DNA from: a virus
Taxonomy: Duplodnaviria > Caudoviricetes
DNA: 26,197 nt
Strand: one strand, 5' to 3'
IMG/VR virus record: IMGVR_UViG_3300023076_000009
Coordinates: 1-26,197 of that record
In this document: positions 16,194 to 24,707 of the stretch, in pieces
How the letters are laid out: each line of letters opens with the position of its first letter
How positions within the stretch are numbered: the first letter of the stretch is position 1
Position numbers and translations under genes: made by a program
Notes under the pieces: model-generated
What the model was told of the DNA's origin: nothing
Seen by the model: only the letters and a program-made list of their open reading frames with translations
Databases searched by the model: none

Positions 16194-17210
16194 ATGTTTG
16201 GACCAAGACAGGTAGGCGAGATTATCGTAGGTAATGCTGTTGCCACAGAAACAACTGTAGCTACATTTGTCACTTCAGCAAGTGATAAAGAAATTAAAGT
16301 ATTATCTAAAGATGGTACTGCACCAACATTAGGTAAACCTTTTTATTTACTACAAAAAACAGCAGGTGACGCTGCTAAAGGATTAAATTATGAGTTCTCT
16401 GATAAAGTAGATCCACGTTACATTGAAAAAATTACAGTTAAAGCATATGCTCCTGAAGTAGCTAGAGCTATCAAAATTGATGGTTTTAATACTGCTGGTG
16501 TTGCAGCTGCTAAAAGAACTTATGAAGTTGATATTCGTGTAGAAAATCAAATCTCTCCAGAAAATTTTGAAAATATTCAAGGTTATTATGTAACAGGTCA
16601 AGTTTTGGGTAGTGATACAGCTACAACAATTCGTGATGGTGTTCTTGCATCGTTGAATAAAAATCTATTACGTAGAGGAAATAGTGAATTTACAGCTGTT
16701 GCTGATGGAACAGGAATTCTTATTACAGAGAAAATTCAAAATAATGTACCAGGAAAAATTGATGGACGTAAATTGTATTTTACTGTAACAGGTAGAGTAT
16801 TTGAAAATGTACCAACTAATGGACAAGGTTCTGATTTAGGAGTGCTTACATCTACCGTAACTGTAGGTGGTAATCCTGGAAATGGAACTGGTAAATGGGC
16901 TACAAATTATGAATGGTTTGTTAAAGGATACAAATATGATGCAGATAGACTTGTTGGATATCCTGCAGATTTTGGTGACAGAGTTCCATATTATACAACT
17001 AAAGCGGGTCTTTATAATGTAATTCAAATTATTTATTTTGCACCTAGAAATGAAACATCTGTTGAAAGACAATATAAAGTTCTTACTATTTTAGTTGAAA
17101 AAAGTGCAAATACATTAGCTCAAAACGCTAATACAAATTTAGTACTTGCAGATATTAGAACAGCTGTTGGAACACTTGCAGTAGTTCCTGCAGATTTAGC
17201 AGTAGCATAA
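16194..17210 (+). CDS. auxiliary capsid / abundant structural protein (putative)
   Basis: Ala/Thr/Gly-rich beta protein with biased codons, GNGTGK...NYEWF.KGY..D..R..GYP motif, syntenic position, own terminator. Confidence 0.65.
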   Translation: MFGPRQVGEIIVGNAVATETTVATFVTSASDKEIKVLSKDGTAPTLGKPFYLLQKTAGDAAKGLNYEFSDKVDPRYIEKITVKAYAPEVARAIKIDGFNTAGVAAAKRTYEVDIRVENQISPENFENIQGYYVTGQVLGSDTATTIRDGVLASLNKNLLRRGNSEFTAVADGTGILITEKIQNNVPGKIDGRKLYFTVTGRVFENVPTNGQGSDLGVLTSTVTVGGNPGNGTGKWATNYEWFVKGYKYDADRLVGYPADFGDRVPYYTTKAGLYNVIQIIYFAPRNETSVERQYKVLTILVEKSANTLAQNANTNLVLADIRTAVGTLAVVPADLAVA

Positions 17211-17234
17211 TAATTTTAAAAATTAACTTTAAAA

Positions 17235-17268
17235 GGGAGAGGATAATATATCTTCTTCCTTTTTTTTT
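17235..17268 (+). terminator. intrinsic terminator
   Basis: GGGAGAGGATA / TATCTTCTTCC stem (two G-U pairs) followed by T9. Confidence 0.88.
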
Positions 17269-17281
17269 ATCCCTATGACAA

Positions 17282-17881
17282 ATGATTATATTAAATGACT
17301 TATCAATAAATAGTTTAGGTAATAAGATTTTTGTAAATGTTCAAACAACCGAAACTTATAATATTACATCTGTTTTGTTGTGGACTGATAAGAATTTTAA
17401 AGATTATACTAAAGCAAAAGATTTTTCTTTTAAATTAGAACAGATTAATAATAAAGAAATATTTACAATTGATTCAAGTGAAATAGGTCTTCAAAATTAT
17501 TCAGGTATTTATTTTTTAGAATTCCAAACAGATGCACCCAATGAAGAATGTATTACTTGTCCTAATCCGTTATTAGGAATTGTTTATAATTTAACATCTC
17601 ACTATAGATGTTTAACTAATTTATTATTAGGTTTAGATAATTGTACATCTTGTAATAATAATTTTATAAATCATCCTGATGCTGAAAAAGCAATGACAAT
17701 AGATTTAATGATTAAAACAATTAATTATTCATTAGATACAGGTAATTATAATGATGCAATTTCAATTTTACCAAAACTTGCAAAACTATGTAACTCTACA
17801 AAATGTTGTAAAGATTTATTAACATCAAATACTGGAAATTATAAATCTGGTTGTTTAAATTGTAATAATGGAAACACTTAA
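17282..17881 (+). CDS. Cys-rich structural protein (tail hub candidate)
   Basis: Beta-rich N-terminal half and helical C-terminal half with CITC, CTSC, C..CC and CLNC; position after the auxiliary capsid gene. Confidence 0.5.
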   Translation: MIILNDLSINSLGNKIFVNVQTTETYNITSVLLWTDKNFKDYTKAKDFSFKLEQINNKEIFTIDSSEIGLQNYSGIYFLEFQTDAPNEECITCPNPLLGIVYNLTSHYRCLTNLLLGLDNCTSCNNNFINHPDAEKAMTIDLMIKTINYSLDTGNYNDAISILPKLAKLCNSTKCCKDLLTSNTGNYKSGCLNCNNGNT

Positions 17882-18539
17882 TAACGATCATAAATATACT
17901 GTTATTGCAACTATTAATAAAATATATAATATTGCAAGAATAAATGGATTATTAAATTCTAAAGAATTATATTTATTAGATTTAATATATAATATGTTAT
18001 GTAATAATATTGAAATTTGTACTAGAGATTATAATAAGTTAATTCAATTATATTTTAGTATTTTAAATAGTTCTAAATTATTATGTAAATCTAATAATAT
18101 TAGAGAATATTACTATAATACAAATAATGATTTTCATATTGGAATCATTAATACACCACCTACAATTGAAGATCCGGTAATTATTGAACCAGATCCAATA
18201 GAAGTAATTTCAGGATGTGATGGAACAGCAGGATTATTTTCTTATTTTGATTATTTAACAATGGAATATGGTTCTTTTACAAAATGTTATGAACCTACAA
18301 CATTAGTATTTGAAAGTATTAAAATATTATCTTTACCTACTATGGGTATATTACAGTATAATGGTGTGAATTTAGAAATTAATACAACTATAAATTTTAG
18401 TAATATAAGTAATCTAACTTATACTCCTATTGTAGAAAGAGGATTATCTTTAGAAGATACTTTTACATATACTATGACTACTGATGAAGTAATACCTCGT
18501 ATTACAGAAATTTCAACTATAACAATTTTAATACGATGA
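17868..18539 (+). CDS. structural protein: helical N-domain plus cadherin/Ig-like domain
   Basis: C-terminal IKILSLP..GILQYNGV.L.IN..I....I.NLTYTP....EDTFTYT pattern of bacterial cadherin-like repeats. Confidence 0.65.
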   Translation: METLNNDHKYTVIATINKIYNIARINGLLNSKELYLLDLIYNMLCNNIEICTRDYNKLIQLYFSILNSSKLLCKSNNIREYYYNTNNDFHIGIINTPPTIEDPVIIEPDPIEVISGCDGTAGLFSYFDYLTMEYGSFTKCYEPTTLVFESIKILSLPTMGILQYNGVNLEINTTINFSNISNLTYTPIVERGLSLEDTFTYTMTTDEVIPRITEISTITILIR

Positions 18540-19186
18540 GTTTAGAAAAACCAGGAGATTTTATTAATTTTACTAAATTACAATTTACTACTGAATATTA
18601 TGATAAAGAAAGTGATTTACCATTTGATGTAATGATATTATCTTTACCAGAATATGGTGTATTAAAATATAATAAGAATATTATAAACAATATTAATTTT
18701 GTATTTTCAATAAACAATGTAAATTTATTAACATATACTAGAATTAGTAAATTAGAATATACTGAAAATATAGATTTCAAAACAAGTGATGATAATCCAA
18801 ATAAACTATATAGCAATATGGCTACAATGACTATAAATGTAGATGAATATATTAATCTACCACCAAACCAAATTGGAGATAACGAAAGAGATACTCCAAA
18901 TGGACAAACAGTAATATTTACTAGAGCTGATTTTACAACAAATACAACACCACCATATCAAGATCCTGAAAATAATCCAGCATATAAACTAAAAATATTA
19001 AGTTTACCATTAGAAGGATTACTTAAAATAAATAGTGTAAATGTAACTTTAAATCAAGAATTATTATTTACAGATATTGATACAGGATTATTTACATATG
19101 AACCATCAAGTAATACAGATGATTATGTAGTAGATTTTGATTTCGATGTTTCAGATACAGGTTCTCAACAATTTAGTGGACTATAA
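18536..19186 (+). CDS. two tandem cadherin/Ig-like domains
   Basis: ILSLP.YG.LKYN...LTY...IDFKTSD and NLPP...D...IFTRADF...YQDPE......KILSLP..GLL..N...V..N......I..GLFTYEP...FDFDVSD. Confidence 0.7.
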   Translation: MSLEKPGDFINFTKLQFTTEYYDKESDLPFDVMILSLPEYGVLKYNKNIINNINFVFSINNVNLLTYTRISKLEYTENIDFKTSDDNPNKLYSNMATMTINVDEYINLPPNQIGDNERDTPNGQTVIFTRADFTTNTTPPYQDPENNPAYKLKILSLPLEGLLKINSVNVTLNQELLFTDIDTGLFTYEPSSNTDDYVVDFDFDVSDTGSQQFSGL

Positions 19187-19188
19187 TT

Positions 19189-19614
19189 ATGGGAAAAACA
19201 ATGACTATAAACGTAGATGAAGTAAGTACTAATTTAAGACCTAGTGCTTTAGGTAGTGCTGATGTAACTACAGATTACGATACACCTTATATATTTACAG
19301 TTGATGATTTTATTATAGATACTATAGAAGGTGTTTATACAGATCCTGAAGGTGATGGTCCTTATAAATTAAAGTTTTTAGATGGTTGGATTACTGATGG
19401 ATCAACTTTAAAATATAATGGAGTAGATGTATTTATAAATATGGAGATACCTATTGAAGATATTGCCGCAGGATTATTAATATTTACACCAACACCTACT
19501 ATTACAATAGAAAAAAATTATGAAGGAGCTGCATATACTATATCAGATGTAGGTTCTAAACTTTATTATATTGGGGCAGTTAAATTATATGTAACTGTAA
19601 ACGCTCAAGAATAA
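19189..19614 (+). CDS. single cadherin/Ig-like domain protein, paralog of the preceding gene
   Basis: TMTINVDE..NLRP...YIFTVDDF...YTDPEGD...KLKF...LKYNGV.V..N..I....I..GLLIFTP...YTISDVGS. Confidence 0.7.
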   Translation: MGKTMTINVDEVSTNLRPSALGSADVTTDYDTPYIFTVDDFIIDTIEGVYTDPEGDGPYKLKFLDGWITDGSTLKYNGVDVFINMEIPIEDIAAGLLIFTPTPTITIEKNYEGAAYTISDVGSKLYYIGAVKLYVTVNAQE

Positions 19615-19639
19615 TTAACAATTAAAACTAAAAAATTAA

Positions 19640-20044
19640 ATGGCTCAAATACAATGCAATGAAATTCAACAAAGCTTAAATTATCTACTTAATGCTTTTG
19701 ATAATTGTCATAGATTAAATCTTCAAGATTTACATCAATTAGTAGAAACATTACAAGCAGTATATACTTGTTCAGGAAATGGAACACCCTATGATACCTT
19801 AATACAAGAAGTATATGAACCTGATACTGATGAATTAGTATCTTATCCTATTAATACATTTCATGCAATTTCAATAATGGTTTTAGAAGGTAAAATTACA
19901 CAAACAATTAATGGTACAACTGTAGAATATCCAACTGGAACTACTTTAAATCATGAAAATACAAATTTAAATCAATCAACTTATTCTTTTACAGCTAAAG
20001 CAGGAAGTAAAGTAGTTGTAGAATATTTTATAGAAAGTTTATAA
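19640..20044 (+). CDS. putative fibre-associated structural protein
   Basis: Cys-containing heptad helix at the N-terminus followed by a small all-beta domain; inside the structural block. Confidence 0.5.
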   Translation: MAQIQCNEIQQSLNYLLNAFDNCHRLNLQDLHQLVETLQAVYTCSGNGTPYDTLIQEVYEPDTDELVSYPINTFHAISIMVLEGKITQTINGTTVEYPTGTTLNHENTNLNQSTYSFTAKAGSKVVVEYFIESL

Positions 20045-20045
20045 T

Positions 20046-22124
20046 ATGGCAGATATAAATAATTCATTAGGTAATATTGGAGTTTTAATAGGAGATTACA
20101 TACCTCTAGCGGGAACCGAAATAGGAAGTCCTGTTACTGGGGATATTGAAATATCAGACTATCATAAAATATTCGCGATATCAGCAGTAGATCTTGGAAA
20201 TACAGAAAATGCAATAGTTTTTGATGATGGAAATTTTTTCATTAGAAAAAGCAATACAGATTCAGGACTTCTAAATACTTTATTTATAGGTGATGATTCT
20301 TATAATTTAGATTCAAATAATCCTAATTTTAAAGGACTAGTAGGTAGTGAGGTTTTTGATAAACAATTTGATTTAAAGGCTTATGTGCAGTTCGGAGATT
20401 TACAAGAAAGTTATATTCCATTAACAGGTACTTTAGTTGATAAACCTGTTACAGGAAATATAGAAATTTCAAATGGATATAAAATCTTCAATATAAATGA
20501 AGGTGAAGACCAAAATTCAGAATTTAGTTTTGAAGATGGTAAAAGCGTAGTTAGAACTGTAAAACCTTCTGAGGGATATGGTACTGAAATAGGTACTACA
20601 TCTGATTCTGCTTTTATCATCTCAAATTTTTCTGAATGTATAGGTATATTAGGAAGTAATTTATTTGATAAACAAAACAACCCTCTTGCTTTTGTTCAAT
20701 TGGGAGATTTAGTAAATGGTTATATACCTTTAAACGGAACATTAGAAGGATTTCCTATGAATGGAAATTTTAGATTAGCTAATTATACAAGGTTTACTGC
20801 TGATGATTCTTTTGAAAATTTAGAAAGTAGTTTTATTGAAATGTCAACTTCAAGTCTTACTTTAACTGTAAGCAGTTCTATATCTGGTACTACTTCAGGA
20901 TTAAATATTGGTTCAGGAGGTATAGAATTATTTGCTAGTGAAGATAGTAAAGGTTTAGCAAGTAATACAGATTATTCTCCAAATTATTCAGCTGATTTAA
21001 TTGAAAACGAAAATGTATATGTTCAGAAAAAATATGTACAATCTTTAATAACATCTGCTGGAAGTGGATTTATACAAATAACTGAAAAAGGAGCATCTAA
21101 TGGTGTAGTACCTTTAAATTCAAGTTCTACAATAGATCCTATATATTTACCTAGTTATGTCGATGATGTACTAGAATTTAATAATTTAGCTGCTTTTCCA
21201 CTAACAGGAGAAACAGGTAAAATATATGTAGCTAGAGATACTAATAAAACTTATAGATGGTCAGGAAGTGCATATATTGAAATATCTCCTTCAGATGTAA
21301 ATTCTGTTGCAGGACTTACAGGTGTAATTAGCACTGCAAGTTTAAAATCAGCATTGGCATTAAATAATGTTAATAATACAAGTGATTTAAATAAACCTGT
21401 ATCTACTGCACAACAAACAGCTCTAGATTTAAAAGCTAATGATAGTTTAGTAGTTCATTTAGCAGGTACTGAAACAATGACAGGTGCAAAAACAATTAAT
21501 ACATCTGCTTCAACATTTCCTTTAAAACTTTCTAACATGGGCAGTTTTACAGCTCAATTAGAAATTAGAAATACATCGACCACAACTAATAACGGAACTT
21601 ACTCAGCTATAGATTTTTATTCAGGTTCTGGAGCAACTGCTGGTGATAAATTACAAGTAGGACAATTTTTTGACAAATCAGGATTTATATATAATGCTGC
21701 TAATGCTCCCATAGATTTTTATACAAGTGGTACAAAAAGATTTACAGTAAATTCTACCCAAAGCACATTTACAACTCCTGTATCAGCAGCGAATGCCGTA
21801 GCAAATACAGATTTAGTTGCTTTAGGACAATTATCTGATAATATATTATCTTCTGCAACAACACTTAGTTTAGCTACTACAAGTAGAGTAATGTATTATT
21901 CTTATACAGGTTCTACAGCAACTATTTGGACTTTACCAACTATTGCAGGTAATACTAAAACAAGATTTGTATTAATTAATACAGGAACAGGAACGATAAC
22001 ACTTAATGCAAATGGAGGAACAAATAATATTTGGGATTCAGGAGCATTAGTAAATACTATTTCATTAACTCCGGGAAGTAGTATGGAATTATTTAATAAT
22101 GGAGTATCATTTATAATTCTCTAA
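20046..22124 (+). CDS. tail fibre protein
   Basis: Three YIPLxGT repeats, then fibre motifs KGASNGVVPL, YLPSYVDDVLE..FP.TGE.GKIYV..DTNKTYRWSGSAY, LNNVNNTSDLNKPVSTAQQTALDLKA, VVHLAGTETMTGAKT, and a C-terminal TLPT...F.LIN.GTG.ITL domain. Confidence 0.85.
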   Translation: MADINNSLGNIGVLIGDYIPLAGTEIGSPVTGDIEISDYHKIFAISAVDLGNTENAIVFDDGNFFIRKSNTDSGLLNTLFIGDDSYNLDSNNPNFKGLVGSEVFDKQFDLKAYVQFGDLQESYIPLTGTLVDKPVTGNIEISNGYKIFNINEGEDQNSEFSFEDGKSVVRTVKPSEGYGTEIGTTSDSAFIISNFSECIGILGSNLFDKQNNPLAFVQLGDLVNGYIPLNGTLEGFPMNGNFRLANYTRFTADDSFENLESSFIEMSTSSLTLTVSSSISGTTSGLNIGSGGIELFASEDSKGLASNTDYSPNYSADLIENENVYVQKKYVQSLITSAGSGFIQITEKGASNGVVPLNSSSTIDPIYLPSYVDDVLEFNNLAAFPLTGETGKIYVARDTNKTYRWSGSAYIEISPSDVNSVAGLTGVISTASLKSALALNNVNNTSDLNKPVSTAQQTALDLKANDSLVVHLAGTETMTGAKTINTSASTFPLKLSNMGSFTAQLEIRNTSTTTNNGTYSAIDFYSGSGATAGDKLQVGQFFDKSGFIYNAANAPIDFYTSGTKRFTVNSTQSTFTTPVSAANAVANTDLVALGQLSDNILSSATTLSLATTSRVMYYSYTGSTATIWTLPTIAGNTKTRFVLINTGTGTITLNANGGTNNIWDSGALVNTISLTPGSSMELFNNGVSFIIL
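20097..21040 (+). repeat. three degenerate ~104-aa repeats within the tail fibre
   Basis: YIPLAGT (20097), YIPLTGT (20412), YIPLNGT (20721); each unit ends in a (Y/F)VQ motif; spacing 315 and 309 nt. Confidence 0.85.
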
Positions 22125-22140
22125 TAAAACAATAAAATTA

Positions 22141-22938
22141 ATGAAAAAACTTTTAACAATTTTTACAATTCTATTTTCAATAGGTATATATGCTCAAACA
22201 CCAAGAGCAGGAGGTATAAATAATCTTCAAGCAACAGTTCAATCTATAGTACATGATAATTTTGTAGGAGTACAAACTACTAATTCAAATGCTTTTGCGG
22301 TATATAGTTTTGCAACTTCTTTTGATTACAATTTAGGTTTAAAATCTACAGATAATATTTCTGAGGGAACAACTAATAAATATTTTAGTGTAACACTTGC
22401 AAGAAATGCTTTTGGTTCAGGAACAGGTTTAAATTATTCAGCAGGTATTTATAGTTTAGATAGTACTGTTTTAGGTACATTAGCTTCTGTTCCTGGAAAA
22501 TTTAATATTCCTACTGGTTCAACTAGTGATTATTTAAGAGGAGATGGTACACCTGCAGCATTTCCAACTATTCCATCAATATACACACCAACTGATTATA
22601 TTATTACTAGATCAATAAATAATACAAATTATACGATTTCAATTACAAAATCAGCTACAATAAGATATAATATAAAAATATCTTGTACTGCAACAATAGG
22701 TTCTGCTTCTACTGGTAAAGTATTATTTCAATATTCAACTAATGGTGGAACAACTTGGATTGATGCAGGTGAAGTTGAAAATAGTAATACTGTAACATTA
22801 GCAATTGTTTTAAATTCTACAACAACACAATCAGGTTTTATAACGTGGAATGTTCCAGCAAATGCATTATGTAGATTAGTACCTACATCTACAGGTACTA
22901 CTACAATAACTTGGATTAGAGGACAGGAAACTTATTAA
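22141..22938 (+). CDS. fibre-like protein with a predicted Sec signal peptide
   Basis: MKKLLTIFTILFSIGIYA|Q leader; STDNISEGTTNKYF, GSTSDYLRGDGT..FPTIP fibre motifs; beta-sandwich-like C-terminus. Confidence 0.65.
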   Translation: MKKLLTIFTILFSIGIYAQTPRAGGINNLQATVQSIVHDNFVGVQTTNSNAFAVYSFATSFDYNLGLKSTDNISEGTTNKYFSVTLARNAFGSGTGLNYSAGIYSLDSTVLGTLASVPGKFNIPTGSTSDYLRGDGTPAAFPTIPSIYTPTDYIITRSINNTNYTISITKSATIRYNIKISCTATIGSASTGKVLFQYSTNGGTTWIDAGEVENSNTVTLAIVLNSTTTQSGFITWNVPANALCRLVPTSTGTTTITWIRGQETY

Positions 22939-22969
22939 GAAGTTTCTTTAATTAAAAGATAAACACAAC

Positions 22970-23377
22970 ATGAAAATATTAGATCAAAATCCTAAAGAAT
23001 ATTTTGATAAAATTATAGATACAGAACCTAAGAATAGACCTTGGGTTCTGTCTGTAGTTATTAATTTTATATTATTCTTTGGATTATGTTTAATGTATTA
23101 TTTATATAATGAATCAAAAGATGAAAGAATTAGAGCAGAATCTAAATTAGAAATTCAAGTTCAAGCTAATCTTAAAGATAATAAGGATTATAGTAGAGCA
23201 ATAAGAGAAGCTGAAAAAGCTAGGGACGATTACTGGACTATAAAATTTGATAATCAAAAAAATATTACAGATAAACTTATTAATGATAAAGCTACTGAAA
23301 TGGAAGCTGAAATTAAACGTCTTAGACAACAAACAAATAATTTAGTTAAACGAACAAATAAAATAAATAATCAATGA
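22970..23377 (+). CDS. single-TM coiled-coil protein in the lysis cluster (holin, antiholin or spanin candidate)
   Basis: WVLSVVINFILFFGLCLMYYLY TM segment, then a long charged helix; two genes before the endolysin. Confidence 0.55.
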   Translation: MKILDQNPKEYFDKIIDTEPKNRPWVLSVVINFILFFGLCLMYYLYNESKDERIRAESKLEIQVQANLKDNKDYSRAIREAEKARDDYWTIKFDNQKNITDKLINDKATEMEAEIKRLRQQTNNLVKRTNKINNQ

Positions 23378-23568
23378 AATTAAAAGTATTACTTATACTA
23401 GTAACACTATTATTTAGTACTAGTTTTAAAATACCTATTCTTAAGAAACATACTGATTTTGATATTATAGATAAAGAATTAAAAAAACTTAGATTAGATA
23501 TTGAACAAATAAATAAGAATTTAGATTATCTTGAAGCTCAAGATAGTTTAAATGTTAAATTAAAATAA
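23374..23568 (+). CDS. small exported or anchored coiled-coil protein
   Basis: MKLKVLLILVTLLFSTSF leader, heptad IDKELKKLRLDIEQINKNLDYL; ATGA coupling. Confidence 0.6.
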   Translation: MKLKVLLILVTLLFSTSFKIPILKKHTDFDIIDKELKKLRLDIEQINKNLDYLEAQDSLNVKLK

Positions 23569-23571
23569 ATT

Positions 23572-24036
23572 ATGATTACAACAACACAAGCAATTGCTAA
23601 ATATGGTAAACCTACAGATAAAGGTGAATATTTAGTATCTATTAAATTACCATATGCTATGAGATTAGCCTGGGATAAAAAAGCTAAAGTTACTACAATG
23701 CGTTGTCATAAACTTGTAGCTGATAATTTTACAAAAGTATTTCAAGATTTATTAAATTATTATGGTTATGATAAAATTGTAGAATTAGGGATTGATTTGT
23801 TTGGAGGATGTTTTAATTTTAGAGCAATGAGAGGTGGTTCAGATTATTCAAGACATTCTTGGGGAATAGCAATAGATTTAGATCCTGAAAGAAATTTACT
23901 TAAAGAAACATCTAGAACTGCTAGATTTGCAAGACCTGAATATAAACCTATGATTGATATTTTCTATAAACATGGATTTGTATCATTAGGTGTAGAAAAG
24001 AATTATGATTGGATGCATTTTGAAATTAAAGAATAG
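23572..24036 (+). CDS. endolysin, M15-family Zn peptidase (L-Ala-D-Glu peptidase-like)
   Basis: FNFR.MRGG..YSRHSWGIAIDL (SxHxxGxAxD) and DWMHFE (DxxH). Confidence 0.9.
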   Translation: MITTTQAIAKYGKPTDKGEYLVSIKLPYAMRLAWDKKAKVTTMRCHKLVADNFTKVFQDLLNYYGYDKIVELGIDLFGGCFNFRAMRGGSDYSRHSWGIAIDLDPERNLLKETSRTARFARPEYKPMIDIFYKHGFVSLGVEKNYDWMHFEIKE

Positions 24037-24040
24037 AATT

Positions 24041-24670
24041 ATGAATACTAATAAATATAAATTTATTGGTACTATAGGTATTATATTGGTTTTACTAATT
24101 ACAACTTTCTTTATCGGAAGATGTTCTAGTGAAACTAAAGAACCTGAAGTTATCAAAACAACTGTAACAATACCCGGTATTAAAGGTAAATCTGAAATCA
24201 TTGAAAAACCTATTCCTTATGAAGTAATTAAGGATAATATTATATATAAAGATAGTATTGTATTTCAAGAAAATAAAGAATTATTGGAAAGATTTAATAA
24301 GTTAAAATCTGATGCTGATAAACTATCTACTTATCAAAAGTCTATAGAATTAAATAAATATAATATACCTTATGAAGATGAGTTTATTAAAACAAATGCT
24401 TTAGTAACTACAAGAGGTACCATAGAATCATTTCAACAATTATATGAAATAAAAGAACGTAAAGTTCCTGTAGAAATTAAAATACCTGAACCAAAATCTT
24501 TTTTAGGTATTACTAATATATATGTTGGAGGAGGTACTTCTACTACAATAGATTTAACTAAATTTAATTTTGAAGCAGGTCTAGGATTACAATTAAAAAA
24601 TGGACATATTATTGAAGGTGCATATGATACAAATGAAAATATTCACTTGAGATATAAGTTTAAATTATAA
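24041..24670 (+). CDS. membrane-anchored or lipoprotein lysis-associated protein (spanin candidate; track start 24005, ATG 24041 preferred)
   Basis: FIGTIGIILVLLITTFFIGRC leader; C-terminal Gly-rich beta strands ending YKFKL; directly after the endolysin. Confidence 0.55.
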   Translation: MNTNKYKFIGTIGIILVLLITTFFIGRCSSETKEPEVIKTTVTIPGIKGKSEIIEKPIPYEVIKDNIIYKDSIVFQENKELLERFNKLKSDADKLSTYQKSIELNKYNIPYEDEFIKTNALVTTRGTIESFQQLYEIKERKVPVEIKIPEPKSFLGITNIYVGGGTSTTIDLTKFNFEAGLGLQLKNGHIIEGAYDTNENIHLRYKFKL

Positions 24671-24707
24671 AATAATTAAAAAAAGTATAAAATAATTGCT
24701 TATTTAT

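Noticed and set aside
18488-19188. Programmed -1 frameshifts fusing the Ig-domain genes
   Set aside because: No correctly phased X XXY YYZ heptamer. AAATTTC at 18508-18514 is in the wrong phase, and at the second junction the -1 frame is open only from 19177 (TAG at 19174-19176). Non-canonical slippage is not excluded.
22932-22955. Possible hairpin or terminator before the lysis cluster
   Set aside because: The stem is short and almost all A/T, with no clear T tract.
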